DNA from: Pristiophorus japonicus
Taxonomy: Eukaryota
Direction: 5' to 3'
DNA: 64,000 nt
Assembly: GCF_044704955.1 (NCBI RefSeq)
Contig: NC_091999.1
Span: 62,000,001-62,064,000, forward strand
The notes under the pieces: model-generated
Seen by the model: only the letters and a program-made list of their open reading frames with translations
Databases searched by the model: none
Told to the model about the DNA's origin: nothing
Program-made: the position numbers and the translations under genes
Part shown: one piece after another, positions 12,497 through 26,662 of the stretch
Layout of the letters: each line of letters opens with the position of its first letter
Position numbering within the stretch: position 1 is the first letter of the stretch

Positions 12497-15400
12497 GAAC
12501 ATAAGAACAAATGAACATAAGAAATAGGAGCAGGAGTAGGCCATACTGGAGCCTGCTTCATAACCCAACACGATCATGGCTGATCCGATCATGAACTCAG
12601 GACCACTTCGCTGCCCTCTCCCCATAAACCCTTATTCCCTTATTGGTTAATAAACTGTCTATCTCTGTCTTAAATTTATTCAATGACCCAGCTTCCACAG
12701 CTCTCTGAGGCAGCGAATTCCACAGATTTACAACCCTCCGAGAAGAAACTGCCACCAAAGCAAGAATATCCTTTCGTAAATATGGAAACCAAAACCGTAC
12801 GCAATATTTCAGGTGTGCCCACACCAATATCCTGTATAACTGTAGCAAGACTTCCCTGCTTTTATACTCCAACCCCTTTGCAATAAAGGCCAAGATTTAA
12901 TTGGCCTTCCTGAGCACTTGCTGTACCTGCATACAAACCTTTTGTGTTTCATGCACAAGTACCTCCAGGTCCCGCTGTACTGCAGAACTTTGCAATTTTT
13001 CTCCATTTAGTTAATAACTTGCTCTTTGAATTTTTCTGCCAAAGCACATGACCTCACACTTTCCAACATTATACTCCATCTACCAAATGTTTGCACGCTA
13101 ATTTAGTCTGTATGTCCTTTTGAAGATTTTTTGTGTCCTCCTCACAGGGGTATTCAACATTCAGGAAAATAGAATAAAAGGAAAAGGAGGCGGAGTAGCA
13201 TTGCTGGTTACGGAGCAAATTAAGGCAATAGTTCGGAAGGACATCAGCTTGGATGATGTGGAATCTATATGGGTAGAGCTGCAGAATACCAAAGGGCAAA
13301 AAACGTTAGTGCGAGTTGTGTACAGACCTCCAAACAGTAGTAGTGATGTTGGGGAGGGCATCAAACATGCAATAAAGGTGCAGCAGTTATAATGGGTGAC
13401 TTTAATTAGCACATCGATTGGGTTAACCAAACTGGAAGCAATACGGTGGAGGAGGATTTCCTGGAGTGCATAAGGGATGGTTTTTTAGACTATAATGTCG
13501 AGGAACCAACTAGCGGGGAGGCAATCTTAGACTCGGTGTTGTGTAATGAGAGAGGATTAATTAGCAATCTCGTTGTGCGAGGCCCCTTGGGGAAGAGTGA
13601 CCATAATATGGTGCAATTCTGCATTAGGATGGAGAATGAAACAGTTAATTCAGAGACCTTGGTCCAGAACTTAAAGAAGGGTAATTTTGAAGGTATGAGG
13701 AGTGAATTGGCTAGGATAGATTGACGAATGATACTAAAGGGGTTGACTGTGGATGGGCAATGGCAGACATTTAGAGACCACATGGATGAACTACAATAAT
13801 TGTACATTCCTGTCTGGCGTAAAAATTAAAAAGGGAAGGTGTCTCAACCGTGGCTATCAAGCGAAATCAGGGATAGCATTAAAGCCAAGGAAGTGGCTTA
13901 CAAATTGTCCAGAAATAGCAGCGAACCCGGGGACTGGGAGAAATTTAGAACTCAGCAGAGGAGGACAAAGGGTTTGATTAGGGCAGGGAAAATGGAATAC
14001 GAGAAGAAGCTTGCAGGGAACATTAAACGGATTGCAAAAGTTTCTATAGATATGTAAAGAGAAAAAGGTTAGTAAAGACAAATGTAGGTCCCCTGCAGTC
14101 AGAATCAGGGGAAGACATAACGGGGAACAAAGAAATGGCAGGCCAATTGAACAAGTACTTTGGTTCGGTATTCACTGAGGAGGACACAAACAACCTTCCG
14201 GATATAAAAGCGTTCGGAGGGTCTTGTAAGGATGAGGAACTGAGGGAAATCCTTATTAGTCGGGAAATTGTGTTGGGAAAATTGATGGGATTGAAGGCCG
14301 ATAAATCCCCTGGGCCTGATGGACTGCATTCCAGAGTACTTAAGGAGGTGGCCTTGGAAATAGCGGAGGCATTGACAGTCATTTTCCAACATTCCATTGA
14401 CTCTGGATCAGTTCCTATGGAGTGGAGGGTATCCAATGTAACCCCACTTTTTAAAAAAGGAGGGAGAGAGAAAACAGGGAATTATAGACCGGTCAGCCTG
14501 ACATCGGTAGTGGGTAAAATGATGGAATCAATTATTAAGGATATCATAGCAGTGCATTTGGAAAGAGGTAATATGATAGGTCCAAGTTAGCATGGATTTG
14601 TGAAAGGGAAATCATGCTTGGCAAATCATCTGGAATTTTTTGAGGATGTTTCCAGTGGAGTGGACAAGGGAGAACCAGTTGATGTGGTATATTTGGACTT
14701 TCAGAAGGCTTTCGACAAGGTCCCACACAAGAGATTAATGTGCAAAGTTAAAGCACATGGGATTGGGTGTAGTGTGCTGACATTGATTTAGAACTGGATG
14801 TCAGACAGGAAGCAAAGAGTAGGAGTAAATGGGCACTTTTCAGAAAGGCAGGCACTGACTAATGGGGTTCCGCAAGGTTCTGTGCTGGGGCCCCAGCTGT
14901 TTACACTGTACATTAATGATTTAGTTGAGGGGATTAAATGTAGTATCTCAAAATTTGCGGATGACACTAAGTTGGGTGGCAGTGTGAGCTGCGAGGAGGA
15001 TGCTATGAGGCTGCAGAGCGACTTGGATAGGTTAGGTGCCTGGGCAAATGCATGGCAGATGAAGTATAATGTGGATAAATGTGAGGTTATCCACTTTGGT
15101 GGTAAAAAACAGAGAGACAGACTATTACCTGAATGGTGACAGATTAGGAAAAGGGGAGGTGCAAAGAGACCTGGGTGTCATGGTACATCAGGCATTGAAG
15201 GTTGGCATGCAGTAACAGCAGGCGGTTAAGAAAGCTAATGACATGTTGGCCTTCATAGCGAGGGGATTTGAGTACAGGGGCAGGGAGGTGTTGCTACAAT
15301 TGTACAGGGCCTTGATGAGCCCACACCTGGAGTATTGTGTACAGTTTTGGTCTCCTAACCTCAGGAAGGACATTCTTGCTATTGAGGGAGTGCAGCGAAG

Positions 15401-18345
15401 GTTCACCAGACTGATTCCCGGAATGGCGGGACTGACCTATCAAGAAAGATTGGATCAACTGGGCTTGTATTCACTGGAGTTCAGAAGAATGAAAGGGACT
15501 TCATAGAAATGTTTAAAATTCTGACGGGGTTAGACAGTTTAGATGCAGGAAGAATGTTCCCAATGTTGGGGAAGTCCAGAACCAGGGGACACAGTCTCAG
15601 GATAAGGGGGAAGCCATTTAGGACCGAGATGAGGTGGAATTTCTTCACCCAGAGAGTGGTGAACCTGTGGAATTCTCTACCATAGAAAGTTGTTGAGGCC
15701 AATTCACTAAATATATTCAAAAAGGAGTTAGATGAAGTCCTTACTACTAGGGGAATCAAGGGGTATATTCAGAAAGCAGGAATGGGGTACTGAAGTTGCA
15801 TGTTCAGGCATGAACTCATTGCATGGGGTGCAGTCTAGAAGGGCCGAATTGCCTACTCCTCCATCTATTTTCTATGTTTCTATGTTTCTATGTTTCTATA
15901 TTGCTTTTCCTCCCATCTTTGTATCGTCAGCAAATGTGGCCATGTTACACTCGATCCTTGCTTCCACATCGTTAAAATAGATTGTAAATAGTAGGGGTCC
16001 CAGCACTGATCCCTGCGACACCCCACTAGTTACAGATTGCCAACCCGAGAATGAACTATTTATCCTGACTCTGTTTTCTGTTAGTTAGCCAATCCTCTAT
16101 CCATGCTAATATATTACCCCCAACCCCGTGATACTTTATCTTGTGCGTAACCTTTTATGTGGCATCTTGTCAAATGCCTCCTGGAAGACCAAATACATCA
16201 CATCCACTGGTTCCCCTTTATCCACCCTGTTTGTTACATCTTCCAAGAATTCCAACAAATTTGTCAAACATGACTTCCCCTTCATAAATCCATGGTGACT
16301 GCCTGACTGAATTGTGCTTTTCCAAATGTCCTGCGACTACTTCTTTAATGATAGACTCCAACATTTTCCCAAACAGAAATGTTAGGCTAACTGGTCTATA
16401 GTTTCCGGCTTTTTGTCTGCCTCCTTTTTTGAATAGAAGGGTTACATATGCAGTTTTCCAATCTGCTGCGACCTCCCCAGAATCCAGGGAATGTTGGTAA
16501 ATTACAACCAATGCATCCACTATCCCTACCATTACTTCTCTTAAGACCCTAGGATGCAAGCCATCAGGTCAGGGGATTTATCCGCCTTTAGTCCCATTAT
16601 CATAATGAACACCACCTTCTTAGTGATTGTGATTGTGTTAAGTTCCTCCCCCGCTATAGCCCCTTGACTATCCGCTGTTGGAATATTGTTTGTGTCCTCT
16701 ACCGTAAAGACCGATACAAAATATCTGTTCAGAGTTTCTGCCATCTCCATGTTCCCCATTACTAATTACACGGTCTCGTCCTCCAAGGGACCAACATTTA
16801 CTTTAGCCTTTTCCTTTTTATGTACCTTTCGAAACTCTTGCTATCTGTTTTTATATTTCGTGCTAGTTTACTTTCATAGTCTATCTTCCCTTTCTTAAAT
16901 TTGTTATACATTCTTTGCTGGCTTTTAAAAGGTTCCCAATCTTCTGTCCTCCCACTAGTTTTGGCCACTTTGTATGCCCTTTTAATTGGATACCGTCCTT
17001 TATTTCTTTAGTTAGCCGCGGATGGATATCTTTTCTTTTACACCTTTTTCTCCTCACTGGAATGTATTTTTCTTGAGAGTTGTGCAATATCTCCTTAAAT
17101 GTACGCCACTGTTCATCAAACATCCGACACTTTAATCTATTTTCCCAGCCCACTTTAGCCAACTCTGCCCTCATACCTACATAGTCTCCTTTATTTAAGA
17201 TTAGTACGCTGGTTATAGATCCAACTTTCTCACCCACCATCTGAATTTGAAATTCAGATCATGCTCTGATCACTCATTCCAAGGGATCCTTTACGAGGAG
17301 ATTGTTTATTAATCCTGTCTCATTAAACAGGACCAGATCTAAGATAGCCTGCCCCCTGGTTGGTTCCATTACACACTGCTGAAATAACCCATCTCTTATG
17401 CACTCTATGAACTCTTCCTCAAGGCTACCCTGACCAATTTGATTTGTCCAATCAATATGGAAGTTAAAATCACCCATGCTTATTGCTGTTACCTTTTTAC
17501 AAGCCCCCACTATTTCCTGGTTTATAATCCAACCAACACAGTTGCTACTGTTAGGCGACCTATAGACTACGCCCACCAGTGACCTTTTCCCTTTATTATT
17601 CCTTATCTCCACCCAAACTGTTTCAACATCCTTATCATTTGAGCCAATATTGTTTCTCATTATTCCATCCTTTATCAATAGAGCTGCCCCACCTCCGTTT
17701 CCTTTCTGTCTGTCCTTCTGGATTGTCAAGTACCCCTGAATATTTAATTCCCAGACCTGGTCACCTTGCAACCATGTCTCTGTAATAGATATTAGATCAT
17801 ACCCATTTGTATTTATTTGTGCCGTCAACCCATCTATTTTGTTGCAAATGCTCCGTGCATTTAGACAAAGTGCCTTTAAGATTGTTTTTTCCCCCTTTTT
17901 TCCCCACTTGTTTCCTCTCTCCTTCAAACTCACTTTCTTTAATTTTGCTTTCTAATTCCAGCTTTACTCCCCTCCCTACTGAATCTATTCTCAGGTTCCC
18001 ATCCCCCTGGCAGGCTAGTTTAAACTCTCCCCAACAGCACTAGCAACCCCTGCCCCCGCAAGGATATTGGTCCCGGCTCTGTTGAGATGCAACCCGTCCA
18101 GCTTGTACCGGTCCCACCTCCCCCAGAAGCTGTCCCAATGCCTCAGGAAACTAACGCCCTCCCGCCTGCACCATCTCTACAGCCACGTATTCATCTGCTC
18201 TATCCTGCCATTTCTGTACTCACTCGCTCGTGACATCGGGAGTAATCCAGAGATTACTAGCTTTGAGGTCCTGCTTTTTAATCTCTCCCCTGGCTCTGTA
18301 AACTCTGCCTGCAGGACCTCACCCCTCTTTCAACCTGTGTCATTG
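12497..18345 (-). mobile_element. Near full-length degraded CR1 (ORF1 esterase, EN, RT, 3' tail), interrupted at 13148-15899
   Basis: Tail AACATAAGAA at ~12500; RT breaks at CTCCTCACA 13146 and resumes at ATTGCTTTTCC 15900; EN in ORF 17274..17933 (NARSI, ITETWL, GDFN); esterase remnant ~18020-18345. Confidence 0.88.
13148..15899 (+). mobile_element. CR1 LINE nested antisense in another CR1
   Basis: EN (YRPPNS, SDHN), RT (KSPGPDG, NYRPVSLTS, YLDFQKAFD, FADDTK), (TTTCTATG)n tail ending at ~15899. Confidence 0.93.
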
Positions 18346-18543
18346 ATCCCAGCGGAAGGAGCACACGACAACCCAAGCACTTCAACAAACCGGCACTTCA
18401 ACCAACGTAATTTCAACCACCGTCTGTCCAACCTGCGACAGAGACTGTAGCTCCCGCATTGGACTTAACAGACATCTGAGACCTCATTTGTAATGTGGAA
18501 GCAAGTCATCCTCGACTCCAAGGGACTGCCTTTGATGATGATG
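18345..18543 (+). mobile_element. RTE-type LINE 3' end fragment
   Basis: Ends GGGACTGCCTTTGATGATGATG; same 3' end as the larger copy at 44800-45347. Confidence 0.7.
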
Positions 18544-18814
18544 GTTTATATCAGACAGGAGGGGATTGGTGTCAGTTACTGTGGGGTGGGTTTATTTCAG
18601 ACAGGAGGGGATTGGTGTCAGTGACTGTGGATTTGGTTTATTTCAGACAGGAGGGGATTGGTGTCAGTGACTGTGTGGTGGGTTTATATCAGACAGGAGG
18701 GGATTGGTGTCAGTAACTGTGGGGTGGGTTCATATCAGACAGCAGGGGATTGGTGTCAGTTACTGTGGGGTGGTTTTATTATCAGACAGGATGAAATTGG
18801 TGTCAGTGACTGTG
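18543..18814. repeat. ~46-bp minisatellite, ~6 copies
   Basis: Unit GGTTTATATCAGACAGGAGGGGATTGGTGTCAGTTACTGTGGGGTG. Confidence 0.93.
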
Positions 18815-20858
18815 TAGGAGGAGTCTCCAGCTTCAACTACTCGAGCTCCATGTTTCGGAGCATGAGCGGCGGCTGGACTCAATACGGTGCATCCGCGAGG
18901 CTGAGAGCTCCGTGGATAGCACCTTTTAGGAGATGGTCACCCCACAGATTAAAAGCGTGCAGGCAGCGGGAAAGTGGGTGACCACCAGACAGAGTAAGAA
19001 CGCTTGGCAGGTAGTGCAGGAGTGCCCCCGTGAGTCCACCTCTCTTTCAAACCGATATTCACTTCTGAGCATCGGTGAGGGCAATGGTGCCTCTGGGGTG
19101 TGCAGCTCGAGCCAATTCCAAGGCACCATGGGTGGCTCAGCTGCACAGGGGAGAAACACGAAGAATAAAAGAGCTGTCGTGATTGGGGATTCTATAGTTA
19201 GGGGAGCAGAGAGGCGTTTCTGTGGCCGCAGACGTGACTTCAGAATGGTATGGTGCCTCCGTGGTGCCAGGGTCAGGGATGTGACAGAGCAGACGCAGGG
19301 AATTCTGGGGGAGGGAAAGAGGGTAAACAGCTAGAGGTCATGGTCCATATCAGCACCAGCACCATAAGTAGAAACAGGGATGAGGTCCTACAGGCAGAAT
19401 TTGGGGAGCTAGGAAGAAAATTAATGAGTAGGACCTCAAAGGTAGTAATCTCTGGATTACTACCAGTGCCACGTGCTAATGAGCACAAGAATAGAAGGAG
19501 CGAGAGAATGAACGCGTGGCTGAAGGATTGGTGTCGGAGGGAGGGCTTTAAATTACTGAGGGATTGGGACCTTTTCTGGGGGAGATGGGACCTGTACAAA
19601 CAGGACGGGTTGCACCTCAACAGTGCCGGGACCAATATCCTCGCAGGGAGCTTTGCTAGTGCTGTTGGGGAGAGTTTAAACTAGCTTGGCAGGGGGATTG
19701 GAACCTGAGAAAACATTCAATAGGGAAGGAAGTAAAGCAGAAATTGGATAGCAAGAATTTAGAAATCGAATCTGTAAAACAGAGGAAACAAAGGTTAGTA
19801 AGTAGCAATCAAGGAGGGCTTCCTGTGCTAAATGGTATATACTTTAATGCAAGGAGTATAGCGAGTAAGGCAGATGAGCAAAGAGTACATGTAGATACTT
19901 GGGAGGATTATATTATAGCCATTACAGAGGCATGGCTGAAAGAGGGGCAGATTTGGCAGATCAATACTCCTGGTTACAGGATTTTTAGACAAGAGAGAGA
20001 GGGGGGTAAAAAGAATTTCGCGGTATCGATTAAAGAATTTATTAAAGCGGTGAGGAGGGATAGTTAAGAGAGATCATCAAATGAGGCCACATGGATCGAA
20101 TTTAAAAATAAAAAATGGGTGATCACACTGCTGACCGTGTATTATAGACCCTCAAACAGTGGGAGGGAGATAGAGGGAGATAGAGGAACAAATATATCGG
20201 CAAATTGCTGTGAAGTCCAAAAACCTTAGGGCACTAATAGTAGGGGATTTTAACTATCCTAATATTAATTGGGACAAATATAGTGCGAAGGGTATAGAGG
20301 GTACGGAATTCTTCAACTGCATTCAAGAGAACGTTTTTAGTCAGTATGTAACAAGCCCAACACGAGAGGGGGCGGTTTTGGATTTAGTTTTGGGGAATGA
20401 AGCTGGGCAGGTTGAAGGTGTATTCGTGGGAGAGCACTTGGATGCCAGTGACCATAATTCAGTCAGATTCAAGTTAGTTATGGATAAGGACAAGGATAGG
20501 CCTCGAATAAAAGTCCCAAATTGGGGAAAAGCTAAGTTGAGGAGTGATTTGGCCACAGTGGACTGGAAACTGCTACTTGTAGGTAAATCAGTGTCGGAAC
20601 AGTTGGAAACATTCAAGGAGGAGGTCTGGAAGACTCAGGCCAAACATGTGACTTTAAAGAAAAAGGGTGGAATAACAATTCTAGAACCCGCTGGATGTCT
20701 AGGGACTTACAGGCGAGGGTAAAGAAAAAACGGGAAGCTTATGTCATACACCAATGGCTAAATACTGTCGAATCTTTGGCGGAATATAGAAAATTAAGAG
20801 GTAAAATTAAAAAGGATATTAGGAATGTTAAGACAGAGCATGAAAAATACTTGGTTAG

Positions 20859-21125
20859 TGTCATGTATCTCACATTACTGTATATAGCTGTATCTTACCA
20901 TGCTATACATGACAGTAATTGGATATGACCGGTAACAAAAAGCATACCTTACAACCAGGAGTGCACTTGCAGGAGACACTCCATACCTGTCCCACTGTGG
21001 TATATAAAGGGAGGTCTCAGGCAAGTGCAGCACTGGAGAGCTGGAATTAAAGGTGCAGGTCCTGAGTGACCTTGACTTCAGCCTGTGTCTCGTGTAAGTC
21101 AGTACATTAGAGTCAGGACTTAACA
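20859..21125 (+). repeat. 5' LTR
   Basis: TG...CA termini, TATATAAA, ATTAAA; ~94% identical to the 3' LTR by manual count. Confidence 0.95.
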
Positions 21126-21160
21126 GTGGCGATGAGTTACAGGATCACAGAATCCACAGA

Positions 21161-24100
21161 ATGGCTACCAACAGCTCAAATGAGAAATACAATGCTGGAG
21201 ACAATTGGGATGACTTTATAGAAAGGCTCCAGCAAAGCTTTGTGACCAAAGACTGGTTGGGCGACGATAAGGCATACAAGAGAAGAGCCCATCTCTTGAC
21301 CAGCTGTGGCTCGAAAACATGCGCTTTAATAAAAGACCTGCACCCGAGAAACCGGCAAGCAAGTCGTTTGAGGAGTTGAACACACTGGTGAGAGACAATC
21401 TGAAGCCAGCGAGCAGCCTACACATGGCCAGACATAGGTTCTACAAATACAGACGCTGTGTGCGCCAAAGAATACCCGACTTTGTGGCGGAACTTCAGAG
21501 GCTGGCTAATTCATGTGAGTTCCCCGATAAACTAAGGAGAGAAGTACTGAGAGACTTATTTATTGAAGGAATAGGCCACGCAGGCATATTCCAAAAGTTT
21601 ATAGAGACTAATAACTTGACTCTAGAGGCAGCAGCACTGGTCGCACAGACGTTCTTGGCAGGCGAAGAAGAAAGGAGGCTGATCTATAATTCAGGTACGA
21701 CAACCAATGAAGCATCAGAACAAGGGGTTCAAATTGTGAAACAAATCGCTACCCCCACATACAGACAAAGGCAGGAGAGCAGGCTTTCAACAGCAGACAG
21801 TGGCGCCAGAAGCCATCAAAATCAAGGGCCACATGAACGGCCAATCACACCTCATCAACCCACAATGCGAGCAATCAACAACAGATTGAGAGAAGCGCAA
21901 GGGAGATCAGCCAGATGCAGCTCATCCTTCAGAAACAATGGGAACGGTCTGTGTTGGAGATGTGGGGGCAGGCACTCAACCAGGGGGTGTCGATTTCAGC
22001 ATGCCGTTTGCAGAAACTGCAACTACACAGGGCATCTGTCTCGCATGTGCAGAAAAACAGCAGCTCGGCTTGTATACGAATCGGAAAGGTCGGAAAGCGG
22101 ACCAGAAAACGGTTGGAACAGTGCACGGGACGCCGAGGTACAGGGGGTTAACATGATCAACGTCCACTGTTCTTACACCAAGACGCCTCCAATTATGATG
22201 AGGGTTCTACTCAACGGGATACCCATCAACATGGAACTGGACACGGGGGCCAGTCAATCCCTCATAAGCGTTCAACAATTTGAACAGCTGTGGCTGCACA
22301 AAAGTAACAGACCAAAACTCACAAAGATCGACACCAAACTAAGGACCTATACTAAAGAAATCGTCCCAGTCCTTGGCAGCGCCAGGCTCTCAGTCACACA
22401 CAAAGGGATGGTGCACCAACTTTCCCTGTGGATTGTCCCCGGGGATCTCCCAGACCTGTTGGGGAGAAGTTGGCTAGCAGAACTTAATTGAAAATGGGAT
22501 GATGTTCACGCCATGTCGTCAGAGGAATGGACCTCCTGCTCAACAGTTCTAAGCCGTTTTGAACATCTCTTTCAGCCAGGTGTGGGCACCTTCAAAGGGG
22601 CTAAAGTTAGATTCTACATCACACAGAATGCCAGACCGGTCCATCACAAGGCTAGAGCTGTGCCTTATGTGATGAGGGAAAAGATTGAAAAAGAACTGGA
22701 CCGGCTTCTGCGGGAAGGCATAATTTCTCCCGTGGAATTCAGTGACTGGGCAAGCCCCATCATCCCCATCATGAAGCCTGATGGATCCGTGCGAATCTGT
22801 GGGGATTACAAGTCTGCCATAAACAGAGTCTCCCTACAGGACCAATACCCGCTGCCCAGAGCGGAGGACCTATTTGCCACGTTGGCTGGAGGAAAATCTT
22901 TTTCGAAACTTGACCTCACATCTGCTTATATGACGCAAGAACTGACGGAAGAGTCTAAGCTACTCACCACCATCAACACACATCGAGGCCTTTTTGTGTG
23001 CAATCGATGCTCCTTCGACATCAGGTCGGCAGCTGCTATATTCCAGTGCAACATGGAAAGTCTGCTCAAGTCCATCCCGGGGACGGTTGTGTTTCAAGAT
23101 TACATACTCATCACGACCAGGGACACCTACCCTCACCTCCGCAATTTTGAGGAAGTACTAACTCGATTGGATCGGGTAGGCCTAAGAGTTAAGAAATCCA
23201 AGTGTCTGTTTTTCACGCCTGAGGTTGAATTTTTGGGCAGAAGGATTGCCGCTGATGGAATCTGCCCAACCGAATCCAAAACCGAAGCGATTCGCCTGGC
23301 ACCCAGGCCCCGGAATGTCTCGAAACTGCGTGCCTTTCTCGGGCTACTCAATTACTTTGGGAACTTTATGCAGAAATTGAGCACGCTGCTGGAGCCTCTC
23401 CATGTGCAACTCAGAAAGGGGTGCAATTGGTTTTGGGGAGACGCCCAAGACGCTTCAATAAGGCACGCAACTGTCTATGTTCCAAGAGTGTTTTAGCCTT
23501 TTTTGACACATGTAAAAAGTTAGTCCTTACGTGTGATGCATCAGCATATGTGATCGGGTGCGTTTTACAGCATGTCAATGATGTGGGTAAATTGCAGCGC
23601 GCTGCTTATGCCTCCAGGTCATTTTCGCGGGCGGAGCGCACGTACGGTATGGTTGAGAAGGAGGCGCCCGCGTACATGTACGGTGTCAAAAAGATGCACC
23701 AATACCTTTCCGAGGCAAAGTTTGCATTAGAAACTGACCACAAACCTCTCACGTCCCTACTATCCGAGTGCAAGGCGATCAACGGCAACACCTCGGGGCG
23801 CATTCAGCGGCTTACGACTACACGATAAGGCACAGACCAGGCACAGACAACTGTGCCGACATGGTTAGCAGGCTACCCCGGCGACCACAGAAGGGTACGA
23901 CAAACAGGACTGTGAGATGGTCATGTCAATCAATGCCTTTGAATCCACAGGTTCGCCCATTACGGCTCGCCAAATCAGAGCCTGCAGGACAGCGACCCCA
24001 CGTTATCTCTAGTTAAAAGATGCATTTTAACCGATGACTGGGCAGAGGCTCACGATGCCTGCCCCGAGGTGGTCAAACACTTCCGTAGGCGCATGCATGA

Positions 24101-26369
24101 ACTCTCACTAGAGGCAGACTGCCTGATGTGGAGCAGCCGAGTAGTTATGCCTTTATGAGGCAGGGAGGCGTTTGTCCAGGAGCTCCATCGCGAGCACCCG
24201 GGGATCGTCCTTATGAAGGCCAAAGCCAGATCTCATGTCTGGTGGCCTGGCATTGATGCGGACTTGGAGCTCTGCGTCCGTCGGTGCTCCATTTGTGCCC
24301 AACTTAGTAATGCTCCCAGGAAGGCCCCCCTAAGCCCCTGGCCCACCAAACTGTGGTCGCGGGTACATGTAGAGTATACAGGCCCATTCATGGGCAAAAT
24401 GTTCCTTGCAGTCGTTGATACATTTTCAAAATGGATCGAGTGCACCATTTTAAAATCGAGCACCACCTCCACCACTGTGGAGAGCCTTAGAACCATGTTT
24501 GCAACGCACGGCATTCCTGATATATTGGTCAGTGATAATGGTTCGTGCTTCACTAGCGCAGAATTTCACAATTTTATAGTTGACCACGGTATAAATCACG
24601 TTACGACGGCACCTTTCACGACGGCACCTTTCAAGCCGGCCTCCAATGGCCAGGCAGAGCGTGCAGTGCAGATCATTAAACAAGGCATGCTCATAATCCA
24701 AGTTCCCACGCTGTAGAGCCGCCTGTCACAACTGTTGCTGGCATACAGATCTTGTCCGCATTCGTTGACTGGGGTTCCCCCCATGCAACTATTGATGAAA
24801 CGAACCTTAAAGAGCTCCCAGACATGCATGAAATTATTGAGGCTATGCGGCAAAAGGTAACTGAGTACCATGACCGAAATTCGAAGGGGAGGTGGAATGA
24901 AATAGGGGACAAAGTGTTTGTGCTAAACTATGGCCGGGGTCCCAAATGGCTTGCAGGGACATAGAAACATAGAAAATAGGTGCAGGAGTGGGCCATTCAA
25001 TGAGTTCATGGCTGAACATGCAACTTCAGTACCCCATTCCTGCTTGCTCACCATACCCCTTGATTCCGCTAGTAGTAAGGACTTCGTCCAACTCCTTTTT
25101 GAATATATTTAGTGAATTGGCCTCAACAACTTTCTGTGGTAGAGAATTCCACTGGTTCACCACTATCTGGGTGAAGAAATTCCTCCTCATCTCGGTCCTA
25201 AATGGCTTCCCCCTTATCCTTAGACTGTGTCCCCTGGTTATGGATTTCCCCAACATTAGAAACATTCTTCCTGCATCTAACCTGTCTAACCCCGTCAGAA
25301 TTTTAAACGTTTCTATGATGTCCCCTATCATTCTTCTGAACTCCAGTGAATACAAGCCCAGTTGATCCAATCTTTCTTGATAGGTCAGTCCCTCCATCCC
25401 GGGAATCAGTCTGGTGAACCTTCGCTGCACTCCCTCTATAGCAAGAATGTCCTTCCTCAGGTTAGGAGACCAAAACTGTACACAATGCTCCAGGTGTGGC
25501 CTCACCAAGACCCTGTACAATTGTAGCAACACCTCCCTGCCCCTGTACTCAAATCCCCTCGCTATAAAGGCCAACATGCCATTTGCTTTCTTAACTGCCT
25601 GCTGTACCTGCATGCCAACCTTCAATGACTGATGTACCATGACACTCAGGTCTCTTTGCACCTCCCCTTTTCCTAATCTGCCACTATTCAGATAATAGTC
25701 TGTCTCTCTCTTTTTACCACCAAAGTGGATAACCTCACATTTATCCACATTATACTTCATCTGCCATGCATTTGCCCACTCACCTAACCTATCCAAGTCG
25801 CTCTGCAGCCTCATAGCATCCTCCTCGCAGCTCACACTGCCACCCAACTTAGTGTCATCCGCAAATTTGGAGATACGACATTTAATCCCCTCGTCTAAAT
25901 CATTAATGTACAGTGTAAACAGCTGGGACCCCAGCACAGAACCTTGCGGTACCCCACTAGTCACTGCCTGCCATTCTGAAAAGTGCCCATTTACTCCTAC
26001 TCTTTGCTTCCTGTCTGACAACCAGATCTCAATCCATGTCAGCACCTTAACAGTAACAGACAAAGAGGGAAACAGGCTACTGGTTGTACAAATGGACAAT
26101 GGCCAAACCTGGTGGAGGCATGTAGACCAAGTAAAAAGTAGATTCACTGATAACACGAAGAACCAGAGGCAGACTATCAAATGGAACTCACACCACACCT
26201 GGTGGACAGACAGGTGGAACAACCTGAAGAAAGGGCAGTCTCAACAGACAGCCCAGGCGAGATACCAGGAATCACACCGAACGAAAAACAGGCACCAAGG
26301 CAAACAACTGAACCACAACAAAGCCGCTCCACGAGAGAGCGCAGACCACCCGAGAGACTGAATCTATAA
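21161..26369 (+). pseudogene. Gypsy gag-pol, disrupted
   Basis: ORFs 21161..21379, 21319..22491 (CRNCNYTGHLSRMC, LDTGA), 22513..23496 (RT, catalytic motif altered to FQDY), 23421..23828 (DAS, ETDHKPL), 24213..24716 (SDNG, NGQAER); frameshifts, stops and a CR1 insertion. Confidence 0.93.
24962..26049 (-). mobile_element. 5'-truncated CR1 inserted in the Gypsy integrase C-terminus
   Basis: ORF 25026..26222 carries an open CR1 RT C-terminus; tail TAGAAACATAGAAA; host reads KWLAGT|VTDKEG across it, with ACA on both sides. Confidence 0.93.
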
Positions 26370-26396
26370 AGGCAATAAGACCTTGGGGGAGGGTGA

Positions 26397-26662
26397 TGCA
26401 TGTATCTCACATTACTGTGTATAACTATATCTTACCATGCTATACATGACTGTAACTGGATATGACCTGTAACAATAAGCATACCTTACCACCAGGGGTG
26501 CACTTGCAGGAGACATTCCATACCTGTCCCACTGAGGTATATAAAGGGAGATCTCAGGCAAGTGCAGCACTGGAGACCTGGAATTAAAGGTGCAGGTCCT
26601 GAGTGACCTTGACTTCAGCATGTGTCTTGTGTAAATCAGTACATTAGAGTCAGGACTTAACA
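26397..26662 (+). repeat. 3' LTR
   Basis: Follows the PPT, ends TTAACA, then TSD GTTAG. Confidence 0.95.

Larger units (their letters stand above)
20859..26662 (+). mobile_element. Full-length but decayed Gypsy/Ty3 LTR retrotransposon
   Basis: LTRs 20859-21125 and 26397-26662; TSD GTTAG (20854-20858, 26663-26667); PBS TGGCGATGAG 21127-21136; PPT 26385-26393; gag zinc knuckles, protease LDTGA, RT, RNase H, integrase in Gypsy order. Confidence 0.97.

Noticed and set aside
25026-26222. 398-aa ORF as an extra antisense Gypsy gene
   Set aside because: It is the nested CR1 RT fragment fused to antisense Gypsy sequence.
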